Positions 39,455-52,416 are shown, counted from the stretch's first letter. The stretch is DNA of 64,000 bases from Diadema antillarum (GCF_040938485.1 NW_027271052.1:558001-622000); one strand, 5' to 3'. The notes: a model not told the origin generated them from the letters alone. Translations and numbers: made by a program.

Positions 39455-40472
39455 TTCTTGTTAGAAACATGCAATTGATATATAAGGTCCAATTAACGTA
39501 AAAATTAATATGAGCTCAAAATATTACAATCGTCTGGCGTCAATCCGTTTTCATAATTGTCATTCCAAAAAATGTACTAACTCTATACAGAGGACCAATT
39601 AATATCTCTCCCGTATCAATTTTGAGGGAGCTTTTGCACTGAAATTCAACGATCTGGCCAACACGTTTTAGTTGAATATTGAGAAAGTTTTCAATGAAGA
39701 ACAGTAAGTCTGTGGAGGGAGACCAAGCAGCAGAAGGATGGGAGGAGGTAAACGCTATTGCCCCTCCCACAAGAGGGAGATTATTTATAATTCAATTCAA
39801 TGATCTGGTGCATACATTTTGTGGAATATTTAGAAAACTGTCAATCTCCAAAGTGTAGCCTTACAGTCTATAGATGGAGGGGGACGAGTATACAGGGGGA
39901 CGCTATGGGGAGGGCTATCAGCAAACCTTCCAATACGAGGGGTAGGCCTACGTGTGTACATACGAACGCACGCGTAATATAGGCTTAAGACGCGGGGTCT
40001 GCTAAACTTGTCACCGTAGTATGATCACTTCTCACTTAATTTTATTTCATCCTGAAAATAAAAAAGAATGAAAAATTCTAACAGGAAAAAAAAAACGGAG
40101 GAAAGGATTTCAAATATCTCGGGGATTTCTTCTTGTATCTCACATTTATGGGATAATCTCATTTCTAAATCCTGGGGGTTAGGGGCGAGCCCACCCCTCC
40201 CCCCGGCTACGCCGGTGAATTTTATTGTAAGCTTTGGAAAAACGACTTAACTATCACGCCATCACGAGACCTACCTACTATACAAAGTTTGTAAAATCTC
40301 TTTGTGTCAACAAAAGAGAGGTTTAGATAGATAATAGTGGCAAGATATCCAATACACACTGGCATTTACAACGCGACACGCATAAGATTTGAACTAAATT
40401 CGGGTTGCTAACACGAAAAACGTATCGAAGGGTATAAGAGGGTCCGTTTTCAGCTAAACGCTACGTGTATAG
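39068..40472 (+). promoter_or_regulatory. Upstream module / leader exon of copy 5, split by a 1.1-kb hAT-like insertion
   Basis: AGTTCAGGTAAA at 39068-39079; insertion at 39097-40217; ATCACGCCAT at 40253-40262; donor TAG|GTAAGC at 40473. Confidence 0.55.
39097..40217. mobile_element. Non-autonomous hAT-like element, 8-bp TSD
   Basis: Ends CAGCGGCGAAGCCAGG / CCCCGGCTACGCCGGTG with subterminal G- and C-runs; flanks AACTTTAT and AATTTTAT (7/8 identical). Confidence 0.7.
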
Positions 40473-40828
40473 GTAAGCACCAGCTATTACATTACGCGCA
40501 AGACATTGCTACTGTTGACCTAGTACCGAACTGCTCTGTAAGTATAATGTTTGTACTTGTACAAAATAAGTCCAGAAATTTGTTTCTGATATTTCAAAGT
40601 CAAAACATTACATAACTAAATACTTAAAGCTCGCTTTTCAATGATAGATAACTATAATGGATGGGTCCGTCATTGCCTAATGCTAGTGTACATTGCCTTG
40701 AGAGTTTCTGTTTAAAACGACGCCAAAATAATACTATTCATTGAAGGGCACACCCCCGAAGTAAAGAATATTTTTGGAGGCACCGAGGCTTAGAGTTGTA
40801 ACGAGAATACTTTAAATGGAGTTTATAC

Positions 40829-40867
<39 letters not shown>

Positions 40868-40873
<6 letters not shown>

Positions 40874-41125
40874 ACAACAAAATTATTCATACCCTGAGAA
40901 ATTATTAGTTTTGAGCAGATTTCTTACAAGTGAATGATGGAGTGATTAACTTTTTACTCTTATTTGTCCTCTATAAATTGACATTAATTACAGTTTCACA
41001 TCATTTGCATAACAATAGAAATGTTAAGATATAACACCCAATCACATCACTTAATCCTTTACTTGTGAGAAATCTGCTCAAAACTAAAAATTTCCCAGGG
41101 GTATGAATAATGTTGTTGTTAACTG
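40868..41125. mobile_element. TA-associated MITE in intron 1 of copy 5
   Basis: TIRs (T)AGTTAACAACAAAATTATTCATACCC / GGGTATGAATAATGTTGTTGTTAACTG, embedded in (TA)n. Confidence 0.75.
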
Positions 41126-41289
41126 TATATATATCTCTATATACATATTTCGGGTCTGATACTTTAATAAAAGAAGGGAAAAGTGATAGGCGAGAAGTCG
41201 TGTGGTTGATGTGATGTTGCGGAGGGATCCTACACTGACCGTACGCAGCTGCAGCCAACGATGTCAGTATTGCTTATTTATGTCGCTTT

Positions 41290-41950
41290 TTTCTTGTGCG
41301 AAATTGTTACAATTCACAGAGTGACGTTACGAAGCAGCACACAATGTCATCATTGCTTTGTTATGTCACAATTGTTGTTTTTTTTTCTCGAAATTGTACA
41401 TTTCATAGAGTGACGTTTCGGAGCAGTGCGCGATGTCAGAAGTGCTTTGTTATGTCACAATTGTTTTATTCGAAATTGTAACATTTCACAGAGCAGTGCG
41501 CGATGTCATCATTGCTTTGTTATGTCACAATTGTATTGTTCGAAATGGTAACATTTCACAGAGTGACGTTACGAAGCAGTGCGCGATGTCATCATTGCTT
41601 TGTTATGTCACAATTGTTTTGTTCGTAATGGTAACATTTCACAGAGTGACGTTTTGAAGCAGCGCACGATGTCACCATTGCTTTATTATGTCACAATTGT
41701 TTTGTTCGAAATTGTAACATTTCACAGAATGACGTTACGAAGCAGCGCACGATGTCATCATTGCTTTGTTATGTCACAATTGTGTTCGAAATGGTAACAT
41801 TTCGCAGACTGACGTTACAAACCAGTGCGCGATGTCAGAAGTGATATGTGACGTCATAGCTTTTTGTTAGAAATTGTTACATTCTTTTCACATAGTGATG
41901 GTATACGAAGCAGCGCACGATGTCTCGCTTTGTGATGTCACGATCGCTTT
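41290..41950. repeat. Minisatellite, ~83-bp unit, about 8 copies, in intron 1 of copy 5
   Basis: The anchor ATGTCA recurs at 41344, 41433, 41503, 41586, 41669, 41752 and 41832. Unit approx. CATTGCTTTGTTATGTCACAATTG...TTCGAAATGGTAACATTTCACAGAGTGACGTTACGAAGCAG. Confidence 0.9.
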
Positions 41951-42186
41951 ATGACATCATTTTTTATAGTAAAGTGTATTATACTCTTTACAAAATATCG
42001 TCATAAAGTGACGAGATTTTGCAAATGGTGTGCCATGGAGTGACAAACATGCCAACATTCTGACATACCATGATCAGGTGAATCAAAATCAGTCTTTAAA
42101 AAAATATATTGATTTGAGCAACGTTATCGATGAAATGTGTGTATCTGCTTTCCATAACCCGCTAGCCATCCTTTCGGAGAAATAAA

Positions 42187-43519
42187 ATGGCCACTGACGC
42201 AGAAGCTACATACGACGAACCAGCACGGGTTATCATGTGGTGCTCTCCCCGGTCGGTGTCGACAGGAATGACAAAATGCTTGAGTTTTGTTGACGGTGCA
42301 GAAGTCTGGCTGGAGCCGTACGTTATTTCCAGGATTGCCAGAGAAATTTGTGAAGGTTATCTTTCCGTCCCGCTTCCTGCTGATATTGATGGTAACGAGG
42401 AGATCTACGTTGAAACAGCAAAGAACTTAAATTTGGGTGTTGACACAAAGTCCTTCAAGCTCGACCTGCTGTCGTAAGTGTCATGTTTACAAACAAATCA
42501 TTACCGTATGATAGTAGGTGTATGTCCTACTTGTCTCAGAATTGTGTAGAGCCTAATGTACATTAAGGGACATTTTTGAAAGTAGAAATATAGGAATGGG
42601 AAAAATGTTTTGTATTACAACTTGGTCCGCTTATGCTAAAACAATCTCAAATGTTTGCACAACTTACACGACTTTACAATTACACTCAAAGAAAATGATT
42701 GTTCCATTCTTTGTACCCACAGTCTGAGGTGTATTACTTCATAATAATATTAGAAATTCAAGGCGTACACAAAAATATATAGAAACTAGAAAACTCATCA
42801 ATCATTATCTCTATCCTCATATCCATAGACCTGCTAAACTGAAGCAAATATTCGACTCGATTCCTCCAACCAAGAAATTTGTCTTCATCAAAGACATGGC
42901 CTTCGGCATGCCACCAAGCCGATACAAGTACCTGCCTGATCCATCCAGTGGTTTTCGACATTGCTTCCTCATACGACATCCTGTGAAGACGTACAAATCT
43001 TTTAGGAAAACACTGCTGAAAACAGTAGAGGGATCAGATCCCGATCAAGTACTATGGAATATGACGAAACCGGACCCAGAAACCTTCAATGTTATGAATT
43101 ATGCACCGGCACCCGAGGAAGGAACGCTTTACTTTTTCAAGGCAATCCACGAATTATGGTGCCACATTCGAGAAAACGTCGATGACAACCCGGTCATTGT
43201 CGACATCGATGAACTCGTGGATGATCCGGCAACATTACTTCCACTGCTCTTCCGGGCACTGGGTATTCCGTACTCAGAGGATTACGTAACTTGGGACGCC
43301 TCATCCGATGTGGTCCGTACGTGGCAGAATGTCTGTTCAAATGTACTTGAGGCTCCACGCTATAATGTGTGGTTTGCCAATGCCTTTAAGAGTACTTGTT
43401 TCAAACCTTCTCCCACTTCCGCTTCTCTTGACGGGGCGACAAAGGATATCAGGGAGGTTGCCGAGAAAGAAATGCCGTACTACGAGGAAATGTACAAGTT
43501 TAGAATAACCCCTTCGTAA
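42187..43519 (+). CDS. Sulfotransferase-fold protein, copy 5 (most divergent); join(42187..42473, 42829..43519); 325 aa
   Basis: ATG at 42187 (WCSPRSVST variant), TC|GTAAGT donor, CCATAG|A acceptor at 42828, giving S-PAKLKQIF in frame with ORF 42896-43519. Confidence 0.88.
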
Positions 43520-44373
43520 ATTCTAAAGACACTAGTTTATTCTTTATAAATACCTCAGGTAGAGAACCCACTTATTGATTTAGGTTTACTTTTAAAATAT
43601 GGTTACCCTCGGGTATACAAGTTTATCCACTTGTCACACAATTACGTAATCACGCAAAGTGATTTAACGGGAATAACTCGTCTCTTTTCTTTCCTAGACA
43701 TGAGTTCTTAACATTAAATTTTGAAAGCCGTCCAGAAGTAAATTGACTTGGTGTTATACTGAGGTAATTACATTTCAGTGCGACCATAAGTAAAATGGTG
43801 TCAGATCTTATACGCGTTACTACTACTAAAGCAAAACATACACAAGTCAGTGTAGTGAATTTAAAATCAATACTTCTATTCGTCAGTGTACCATGGCAAG
43901 AAAGTATTGATTCCTCAGCAAATCAATAATTCTTCTTCAAAATTTTATCAGAAACAAAATGTTTCTGCTTGCAGTTTGGCAAATATTGAAAATATTCTTC
44001 CTTTTTTTCAGCGAACCCCCCCCCCCAAACAAAAAAGCATAAAAGACCCCAAATCATGAAGTACATTTTCTGCAAAGATATGCTAGCGAAAGGATAAGAA
44101 ATTGAATTCCAAATGTTTTTGATAGAATATTTTGTGGTATGGAAGTATGGTCCTTCATTGTTTAATAGTTGAGGATCGAATTTAACAACTACAAATGAAA
44201 TGGAGTCTTGTCGCGAAGAGGAAAGCTTTCGATACATATATCAAATTTAACCCACGTATACTAGATTGTTCGTTCTGAAATGACAAGTAGTTGCGATATT
44301 TACACCTACAGATGATTAAGTCCATGTAAACTATTGAAGTAGTTTGTTATAATATTATGATTCATGAATATAA

Positions 44374-44778
44374 TGCCCCAGTCACATATAAACACGGATG
44401 CTCAAGGATCTACACGGTGATCCGGGGAAATCCGGGGACGTCCGGGGAGATTCGGGGAGATCCGGGATTTTGGTATGACTGTACACACGGTATCAACACA
44501 GCAGCTACACGGATGAGGCCGGAAGAGCGCTGCGTCTACACGGACAAACACGGCATCTACACATATCAACACGGCAGCTACACGGATCAACACGGCATCT
44601 ACACGGCAGCCACACGGACCACCCGGATTGCTCTGCCAACACGGCAATCCCCGGATGACGCCGGATGTTTTGACATCCAAAAGTTGCCGTGTTGGCCTCC
44701 CGGTGTCAACACGGATTTCTCCCCGGATCAGATCCGGGTTGGTCCGGGGTGATCCGGGATGTCCATGTGACTGGGGCA
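44374..44778. mobile_element. PIF/Harbinger (Tourist)-like MITE, TAA TSD
   Basis: Perfect 14-bp TIR TGCCCCAGTCACAT / ATGTGACTGGGGCA flanked by TAA on both sides; interior rich in ACACGG and ATCCGGG motifs. Confidence 0.85.
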
Positions 44779-45328
44779 TAACGTTTTGTAAGAAATTCAA
44801 CATTATCACAAAAAGAATGGCTCCTAGATAGAAATTTAAAGTATCCCACATTATCATAATATGGTGATAAGGATCCTTTTTATAATGAAATATCTGGATG
44901 AGTATTACCCTTTTTATTTCAACTTAAAGACCATACCTACTGTTCACTTAGCTTAAGTTTGATAATGCCTGGTAATAATAACCTGATGATATGGATCCTA
45001 ATCAAATGATGGTGTAGTGTAAAAAGTTTGTTTGTTTGTTTTTTAAATCCAGTTTCTCGGTTTTTATGGTTACGGATGTAGCCACGAAGCCGGAGCAGAT
45101 CTTCTTTCTCCATAGCTTGGAATCGATCAAAATGATAACGACAATGTCATCAAAGTCTCTCTTTATTCTTCATTTTGATTTCTCACTAGCTTAGGGTTAA
45201 GACAAATTCAGAAAAAAAACAGATGAATTACTCTACAGTTGTTTTTATCTTATAGTCCTTAGTCGGAGGAATAGGTTTCCGTTACTGTCGTTGACAGGAA
45301 CATGATATTCACGATTGAAGGTTAAAGT

Positions 45329-45363
<35 letters not shown>

Positions 45364-45539
45364 CGTTTAAGTGCGTACAAATCTACATTCCTAATCCAAG
45401 GGAGAGTTGTACGGAAACGATATCATTCGCAAAGAAAAGATCACTTCAAGCATGCGCGATACAAATTTCCGAAGAAAGGTTTGAAAATAGTGCCCATGTA
45501 TAAATTGGTACTAAAAATTTTAGAGCTGGTACGAGCTCA

Positions 45540-45680
45540 CATGCCTTTAGGCACGACAAATGCACAATTAGATTCTTTCAAGAAGGCACTGAAAACTTAT
45601 CTGTTTAAGTACTGATGATTGTATATGTTATATCAAGCGCACGGAGAATTTTGTTGTGAATTATTATAACCATTATTAGA
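45540..45680 (+). mobile_element. Very short 3' end of an L2-type LINE
   Basis: LDSFKKALKTYLFK* followed by TCAAGCGCAC...GAG and a TTA-rich tail. Confidence 0.5.
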
Positions 45681-45911
45681 CATTACACATAGATGATATA
45701 TTGTGATATTAATCACAGATCAGTGTCTTGTTTTGACAATCATTAATTTTCAATAGTTACAAGAAAAAGATCATAAAGCGCATTTACAATTAATTTTTCA
45801 TCTGTACCATTGATAGTTGCTAGGCTTTTCTTATATCATCTTTGGTGTTATCATGATATTAATGGTAATAGTTCTATTTTGCTGGTTGGAGTGCATTAAT
45901 AACATAATTCA

Positions 45912-47960
45912 TTAAATGTTTACAGACATTTTCACAGCACTGGACTGGATTCTGCGAGTACTTTCTTTCTAAGATCTTTGTACTGTGACTCATTTTGTAT
46001 CGATCTTTTCAATTTTTCGTTGCTTTTAGGTATCTAAGATTTATGTCGTATAACCCTGAATCAGTAATTCAAATTTCTTGATATCTTTGTAATCAGTCCT
46101 TGAACCACAATACAGAATTTGTATGAGGTTACATCAATTATACACATACTCTAAAGGAACATTTAGACGTGTCGGGCTAAATTGTTAGACAAAAATAGAA
46201 AGTGCAAAAGCGGGTAAATAATTACTGAATAATTATGGATACCTAAGGTTGAAAATGTCTGTTACAAAAGAAAACGAAAAAAAAAATCACAAAATCACAA
46301 AAGAGAGTAGCACAAAGTGGTTCATAATGAGAGGATGATAACAAAAAAGTAATTTGTCAAAGATTTCAAAATGTTCCAACTTTAATATGTTATGAGTTAA
46401 TATTCAACATGTGCAAGTAATAACGCTCATTTTAAGACTTCCATGTCACCATGTATATTGACGTTTAATCCACCTTTAATACCATCAACATAGTTATTGT
46501 TGACCCTTCGTACCATTCAAAAGGGCTAAACATCCAGATCCAGGATGTATAATAATTGTATTTAAAAAAAAAAACTGTACAAAAGATAATATCGAAGATG
46601 ATTTCCCCCTGGTCAAATGCAGTTGGTAATACAAAAGTCAATGGGGAAGATTCCTTACAATGAAGTCACTGTTATGCAGTCAATTATTATAATGCCCTCT
46701 TGTACTAAGAAACGGGACAGTCATGAGGATTGTTTTAAGGCAGTTCCAAGCAGACGTTTAAAGGGATAAGTACAGTATTGGTGGAGATGAGAATTGGGCT
46801 TTCAACTTTTTGCAAGATACCAAGAAAACACTTATGATATAGTACAGAGCATACCATTTTAAGAGGAATTCAAAGTTTATTTGATGGAAATCGGGTTTGG
46901 AATGACTGAAACATCCAAAAACAAAGTAAAACAATTTAAATGTTTACAGACATTTTCACAGCACTGGACTGGATTCTGCGAGTACTTTCTTTCTAAGATC
47001 TTTGTACTGTGACTCATTTTGTATCGATCTTTTCCATTTTTCGTTGCTTTTAGGTATCTAAGATTTATGTCGTATAACCCTGAATCAGTAATTCAAATTT
47101 CTTGATATCTTTGTAATCAGTTCTTGAACCACAATACAGAATTTGTATGAGGTTACATCAATTATACACATACTCTAAAGGAACATTTAGACGTGTCGGG
47201 CTAAATTGTTAGACAAAAATAGAAAGTGCAAAAGCGGGTAAATAATTACTGAATAATTATGGATACCTAAGGTTGAAAATGTCTGTTACAAAAGAAAACG
47301 AAAAAAAAAAATCACAAAATCACAAAAGAGAGTAGCACAAAGTGGTTCATAATGAGAGGATGATAACAAAAAAGTAATTTGTCAAAGATTTCAAAATGTT
47401 CCAACTTTAATATGTTATGAGTTAATATTCAACATGTGCAAGTAATAACGCTCATTTTAAGACTTCCATGTCACCATGTATATTGACGTTTAATCCACCT
47501 TTAATACCATCAACATAGTTATTGTTGACCCTTCGTACCATTCAAAAGGGCTAAACATCCAGATCCAGGATGTATAATAATTGTATTTAAAAAAAAAAAA
47601 CTGTACAAAAGATAATATCGAAGATGATTTCCCCCTGGTCAAATGCAGTTGGTAATACAAAAGTCAATGGGGAAGATTCCTTACAATGAAGTCACTGTTA
47701 TGCAGTCAATTATTATAATGCCCTCTTGTACTAAGAAACGGGACAGTCATGAGGATTGTTTTAAGGCAGTTCCAAGCAGACGTTTAAAGGGATAAGTACA
47801 GTATTGGTGGAGATGAGAATTGGGCTTTCAACTTTTTGCAAGATACCAAGAAAACACTTATGATATAGTACAGAGCATACCATTTTAAGAGGAATTCAAA
47901 GTTTATTTGATGGAAATCGGGTTTGGAATGACTGAAACATCCAAAAACAAAGTAAAACAA
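45912..47960. repeat. Near-identical direct tandem duplication, ~1025-bp unit (45912-46934 / 46936-47960)
   Basis: The copies differ only by a few substitutions (e.g. CAGTCCTTGA vs CAGTTCTTGA) and A-run lengths. Confidence 0.95.
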
Positions 47961-48175
47961 AGCAATTGTAATGAAGTGTGGGTCCTACACTTTATTAGAA
48001 TCGCTCTTTTTTGGATATCTCAGCCATTTCAAAACCAATGATCATCAAATAAACTTTGAAGTAATCATACAATTACATGCTCTTTCATATTTCATAAGAA
48101 GTTTCGCATTATTTCACCAAAAAAATGTTAGAAACCTGAAATTAGGTCTGAACCAAAACTGTATGATCCCTTTAA
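47784..48175. mobile_element. TTAA-flanked MITE (Kolobok/piggyBac-type); truncated duplicate at 46758-46934
   Basis: TTAA-AGGGATAAGTACAGTATTGGT ... ACCAAAACTGTATGATCCCT-TTAA. Confidence 0.75.
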
Positions 48176-48177
48176 GG

Positions 48178-50995
48178 TCCTGTCACACCTTTCAGCGTCA
48201 GAGTGTAAGCCATGCGTATGACTTGTCGTAGGCATTTTATTTTTGCTTTCCGGAGGTTCTCGCAGATGGCCCGCACATGACAGTGCCTAGTACGTATCTT
48301 TTTCAATTCAATTTATTTTCATATTTCTCAATGGAGGAATGTACATCAAATATAATAAAAACATAGTGAATCATAATATCCGGCTTGGATGCACAGTAAG
48401 TTAATGTAAACATATAAAACATAGCGGTCAATCATCGTACGTTTGCTCTATGTATAACGCTAAAGAAATATGATGGAACCTACTTAAAAGCGAGCTTGTT
48501 AAGCGTAGGTCCCAAATTCTGAATAGAGTGCAAGATACATATGAGGAGCACGGATGCAACGTAGGACCAAAATAAATAAAAACAAAAATGAAAGGCAAAA
48601 TACCCGGGGCAATAACAGAATCTTCTCGATACAAAATAGTGATATACAGACAACCACATTCTGCAGACGTAAGAACAGTTGATTTAGCAATGTTCACAAT
48701 AGTGTAATAATACGATTTGAATAATGCTGAAAAAAAAAACAACTCGACATGCGAGTCCTCGGAAGAGATACGGGAAGCCTAAAGAGTGAACATACAAGTA
48801 CTAACATTCAAAGAAAAATTAGAATTAGAATTAGAATTACCAGCCATAGTGTGCACGCAAGTCCTATTTCTCCTCAGTCAAGTTTAAAGGCAGTGCCACA
48901 CCTTTCCGGGCACGCCTTGCGTGCGACTTGCGAAGAACAATTTTGACTACCCGGAGGTCCCCGCAGATGACCCGCACATGACAGTACCTAGCACGTATCT
49001 CACCCGTAGTCGCCCGGAGGTGCGCACGTCAATCTTTTTACTCGCAAACATGTTTAGGCCCTGTCACATCTTTCCGGGCAAGCTACGTGGGATTGTTGCG
49101 TGTAGGAATTTTCCAGCATACCAGACAATTTTCCGAGGGCGGACAAGGATTTGGGCGAGTCAGTGCATGTGTCTTAGTTGCTAGACGCGTTCTACTTAAA
49201 TTCTATACTTGCGGGTATACTGTGTGACCTGTGTTCCAGGCACGTGGGGGCTGACAACTCAGTGATGGAATTCCTCTGAAGGAATGGCATAAGTCTGACA
49301 AAATGTCATTATTTTGACTGCATATATGGGGACTGCGAAGTACCTGCGTGGGAGTTGCCTGCGAGATGCCTCCGCTCAGGGCCTCCTACTGGCGTTTTGA
49401 GTGGACCTCTCCGGGCATCCCCGCGACTCACCCGGAAAAAGTTTTGGTCATGCTCAAAACTTGGCTGAGGTTAAATCGGACTTCGTTCGCACATCCGGGC
49501 AACTACAGGCGAGATATGCGCTAGATACTGTCAGGTGCGGACCAACTGCGGAGAGCTCCAGGTAGCAAATTTGTTTCCTCGCAAGTCAAGCCGCAAAACT
49601 TCCCCAGATACGGTATGATAAGGCCTTGAGTATGCTCAAAACTTGTTCCGAGTGAGTCGTGGGGGTACGCTCGCAGAGGTTAACGCAGAACACCAGTAGG
49701 AGACCCATACCGGCATCATCTCTCAGGCAACTCCAACGCAAGTACTTCTCAGTACCTGTAAGTCGCTCGTAACAGAAAACGGATCGGTCTCAAAGCTCTC
49801 ACGTAAGTCATTACCTACTTACCTTCTACTTGCGTGTATCCCAGTTGACCTGCGTGAGAGCTTCGAAGCCGATCCATTTTCAGTTCCGAGTGACATACGG
49901 GCACTGCGAAGTACCTGCGTTACAGCTGCGTGGTAACTGCGTGGGTGTTGCCTGAGAGGTGCTGCCGCCAAGGGCCTCTTACTCGTGTTCTACGTTGACC
50001 TCTGCGGGCAAACCCCCGCTACTCATCTTTAACAAGTTTTGAGCGTGCTTAAGGCCTTGTCACATCGTGTCTGGGGAAGCCTTGTGTGTTGACTTGCGGA
50101 AAACAACATTATTTTGCTACCCCGAGCTCCCCGCAGATGGCCTGCACCTAACAGTACCTAGCACGTATCTTGCCCTTCGTTGTCTGAGATGTCATGCTCA
50201 AAACTTGTTCCTGGTGAGTCGCGCGTATTGCCTTGCAAAGGTCCACGCAGAACACCAGTATGAGACCCGTACTTGCCGCAGGTCACAGGCAGTCAATCCG
50301 CTTGAAATACGTAAGTTGCCCGTGGGTTTATGCCTACGCGCCAGACACACACGTCATCTGCCGGCATTCTTCGAGCATAATAAGGGTGTTTTACTGGCAA
50401 GGAATGGTGTCGATACTGTTAACATCCGTGAAGCTGGTGTGGAGCCAGCTATGCGAGCAAATTGCGTGGACGCTGAGGGTCAGTTATATACTGCCTTTCT
50501 GCTGGTTTACTTGAGAGTCGGCTGCTACCAAGATAATGACATTCTGTGCTACCTCTGGCATATTATATTCCTTCAGAGGGATTCCTTCAGCGAGTTGTCA
50601 GCCCTCACTCCATACTCATCCGCCTGACACGCAGGTCACACGGAATACATTAAGTACATAGATTGTAAGTAGCACTGGTCCAACAGGTAAGGTGCATGCG
50701 AAACGCCCCCAGATCCTTGCCCGCCCGCCCGCAAAAAAAATAAATAAATGAATAAAAATTGTCCAGCATGGTGGAAAATCCCCACATAACAAGCCCGTGT
50801 AGCTTGCCCGGAAAGGTGTGACAGCTAGGGCCTAAACTTGGCTGCAGGTAAATGGGACTTGCTTGCTCAACTCAGGGCAACTACAGGCGAGATACGTGGA
50901 AGGTACTGTCATGTGCGGGCCATCTGCGGGGACATTCGGATGGCAAACATTGTTCTTCGCAAGGCTTGCACCGGAAAGGTGTGACAGAGCCCAAC
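48178..50995. mobile_element. Cluster of nested/tandem Harbinger-like MITE fragments (GGCC.TGTCACAC termini)
   Basis: Repeated TAAGGCC(C/T)TGTCACA(C/T), CCGGAAAGGTGTGACA, CATGCTCAAAACTT and CCCGCAGATGACCCGCAC segments in both orientations; related copy at 62130-62757. Confidence 0.6.
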
Positions 50996-51138
50996 AATCT
51001 CGAAGTCATATAAATCGTGGTCATGCATGGTTTTGATAGTTACGTGACAAAACTTTATACAACCAAGAGGAACACAATGGGTTAGACAGCCCGACACCAC
51101 ATTTATTGGCTTGTTGCGTATCAGCAGGGTAACCCCTG

Positions 51139-51335
51139 AGGACAATTATCCCCCCCCCCCCCCTCCCCGGCTAAATACGGGTTAGTGATAAGGTCAGAGC
51201 AAAGATTAGGGTTAGGGTTAGATTAAGGGTTAGAGTTTGGGTTACGGTTAGGATTAAGTTCAGGACTGGGATAAGGGTTTAGTGTCAGGGGAAGGGTCTG
51301 GGGTATATTTAATTGCCAAGGGGGTAATTGCCCTA
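51139..51335. mobile_element. MITE-like element with interstitial TTAGGG-like repeats
   Basis: Ends GGACAATTATCCCCC / GGGGGTAATTGCCC enclose GGTTAGGGTTAGGGTTAG-type repeats. Confidence 0.55.
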
Positions 51336-51637
51336 AACACGCTTGTTGATGTGAGCAGTTGATATCCCCGAAAGCAACATGCACCGCGTGCAAGCTCAAT
51401 TTCAAGGGAATAATGCACATTAGTTTAGAGACAGTGCAGTATAAGTTACACTCTGGAAATCTTTCCAGAGTGTACTTTAACTAATGCAAATAGCTTGCAT
51501 TGGCAATATCACATTTATATCATAGAACACTCCAGTTAAAACAGTCCATTCCATTGACAAGAGGACTGACGCATTCAGAAAGAAGGTCTTGTAATATAAC
51601 CTTGAAGTTCATACATTCATTTCTTAATGTCGGACGA

Positions 51638-51911
51638 AGGTCAGGTTTACAATTTAAACTGCTTTCCTAAGATTCGCAAGCCAAATATTGACTTACATAC
51701 CACGCCACCGTAAGACTGGGCCACTTTACACAGTTTGTAAGATCGGTTTGTGTCAATAATACGGGGATACCACAGCAAGATATCGAACACACATTTGCAT
51801 TCGAAGCGCCGAACGCATCGCCGTATTTGATCGTTCGTCCGAGGGCTGTTGACGCCAATACGTCTCAGAGGGAAAAACTAGAACATTTTGAGCGGAACAC
51901 GTCGTGCACTG
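51638..51911 (+). promoter_or_regulatory. Conserved upstream module / putative leader exon of copy 6
   Basis: AGGTCAGGTTTA at 51638-51649, ACCACGCCAC near 51699, donor CTG|GTAAGC at 51912, acceptor TTTGTAG ending at 52406. Confidence 0.55.
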
Positions 51912-52416
51912 GTAAGCTTAATGATAAATGTTATGAGATCAAGCAAAAAGCAAAGTTATGTATCGATATGACAGTTTTGCTTCGATAGCGAAGAATATGC
52001 ATCTGTGTTACAAGTCATTTATAAAAATAGAAGCTATGCATAATAACGTTTGTCTTTTAATTATCGGTAAAGCAGTGTGGTCCGTCATTGAGTAATGTGG
52101 AAGAGAAACCACATGAGTTTAAAGCTTGGTAATTTCAAGAGAGATTAGCTGGTCTACACAAAATCATTATCCAAAATAATTTGTACGTAATTGAATAGAG
52201 ACTCTTATTTTTTCTTTTCTAGGAAGGGATTAATGTATCGTAAGTCCAGGTATTGAAAAATGTTAATCTTTTCTCTCGAATGTTAAAGAACCAATGATTA
52301 TATCAACGTAACTTGTAGTTTGAATTTTGGAATTTCTTTCACTTCATACAAAATGTTCCTCCCTCTAGAGTAAAATTTTAGACGGTCTGTTAATCACCCT
52401 TTGTAGGAGGGATAAG

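Noticed and set aside
41290-41950. CRISPR-like array (also considered for the ACGGATTGTCGCC repeats)
   Set aside because: The whole unit repeats with no unique spacers, there are no cas genes, and the context is eukaryotic.
51180-51290. Telomere or telomere-fusion site (TTAGGG-like repeats; also in intron 2 of copies 1, 3 and 4)
   Set aside because: Short, degenerate and enclosed by terminal inverted repeats, so it is MITE interior.
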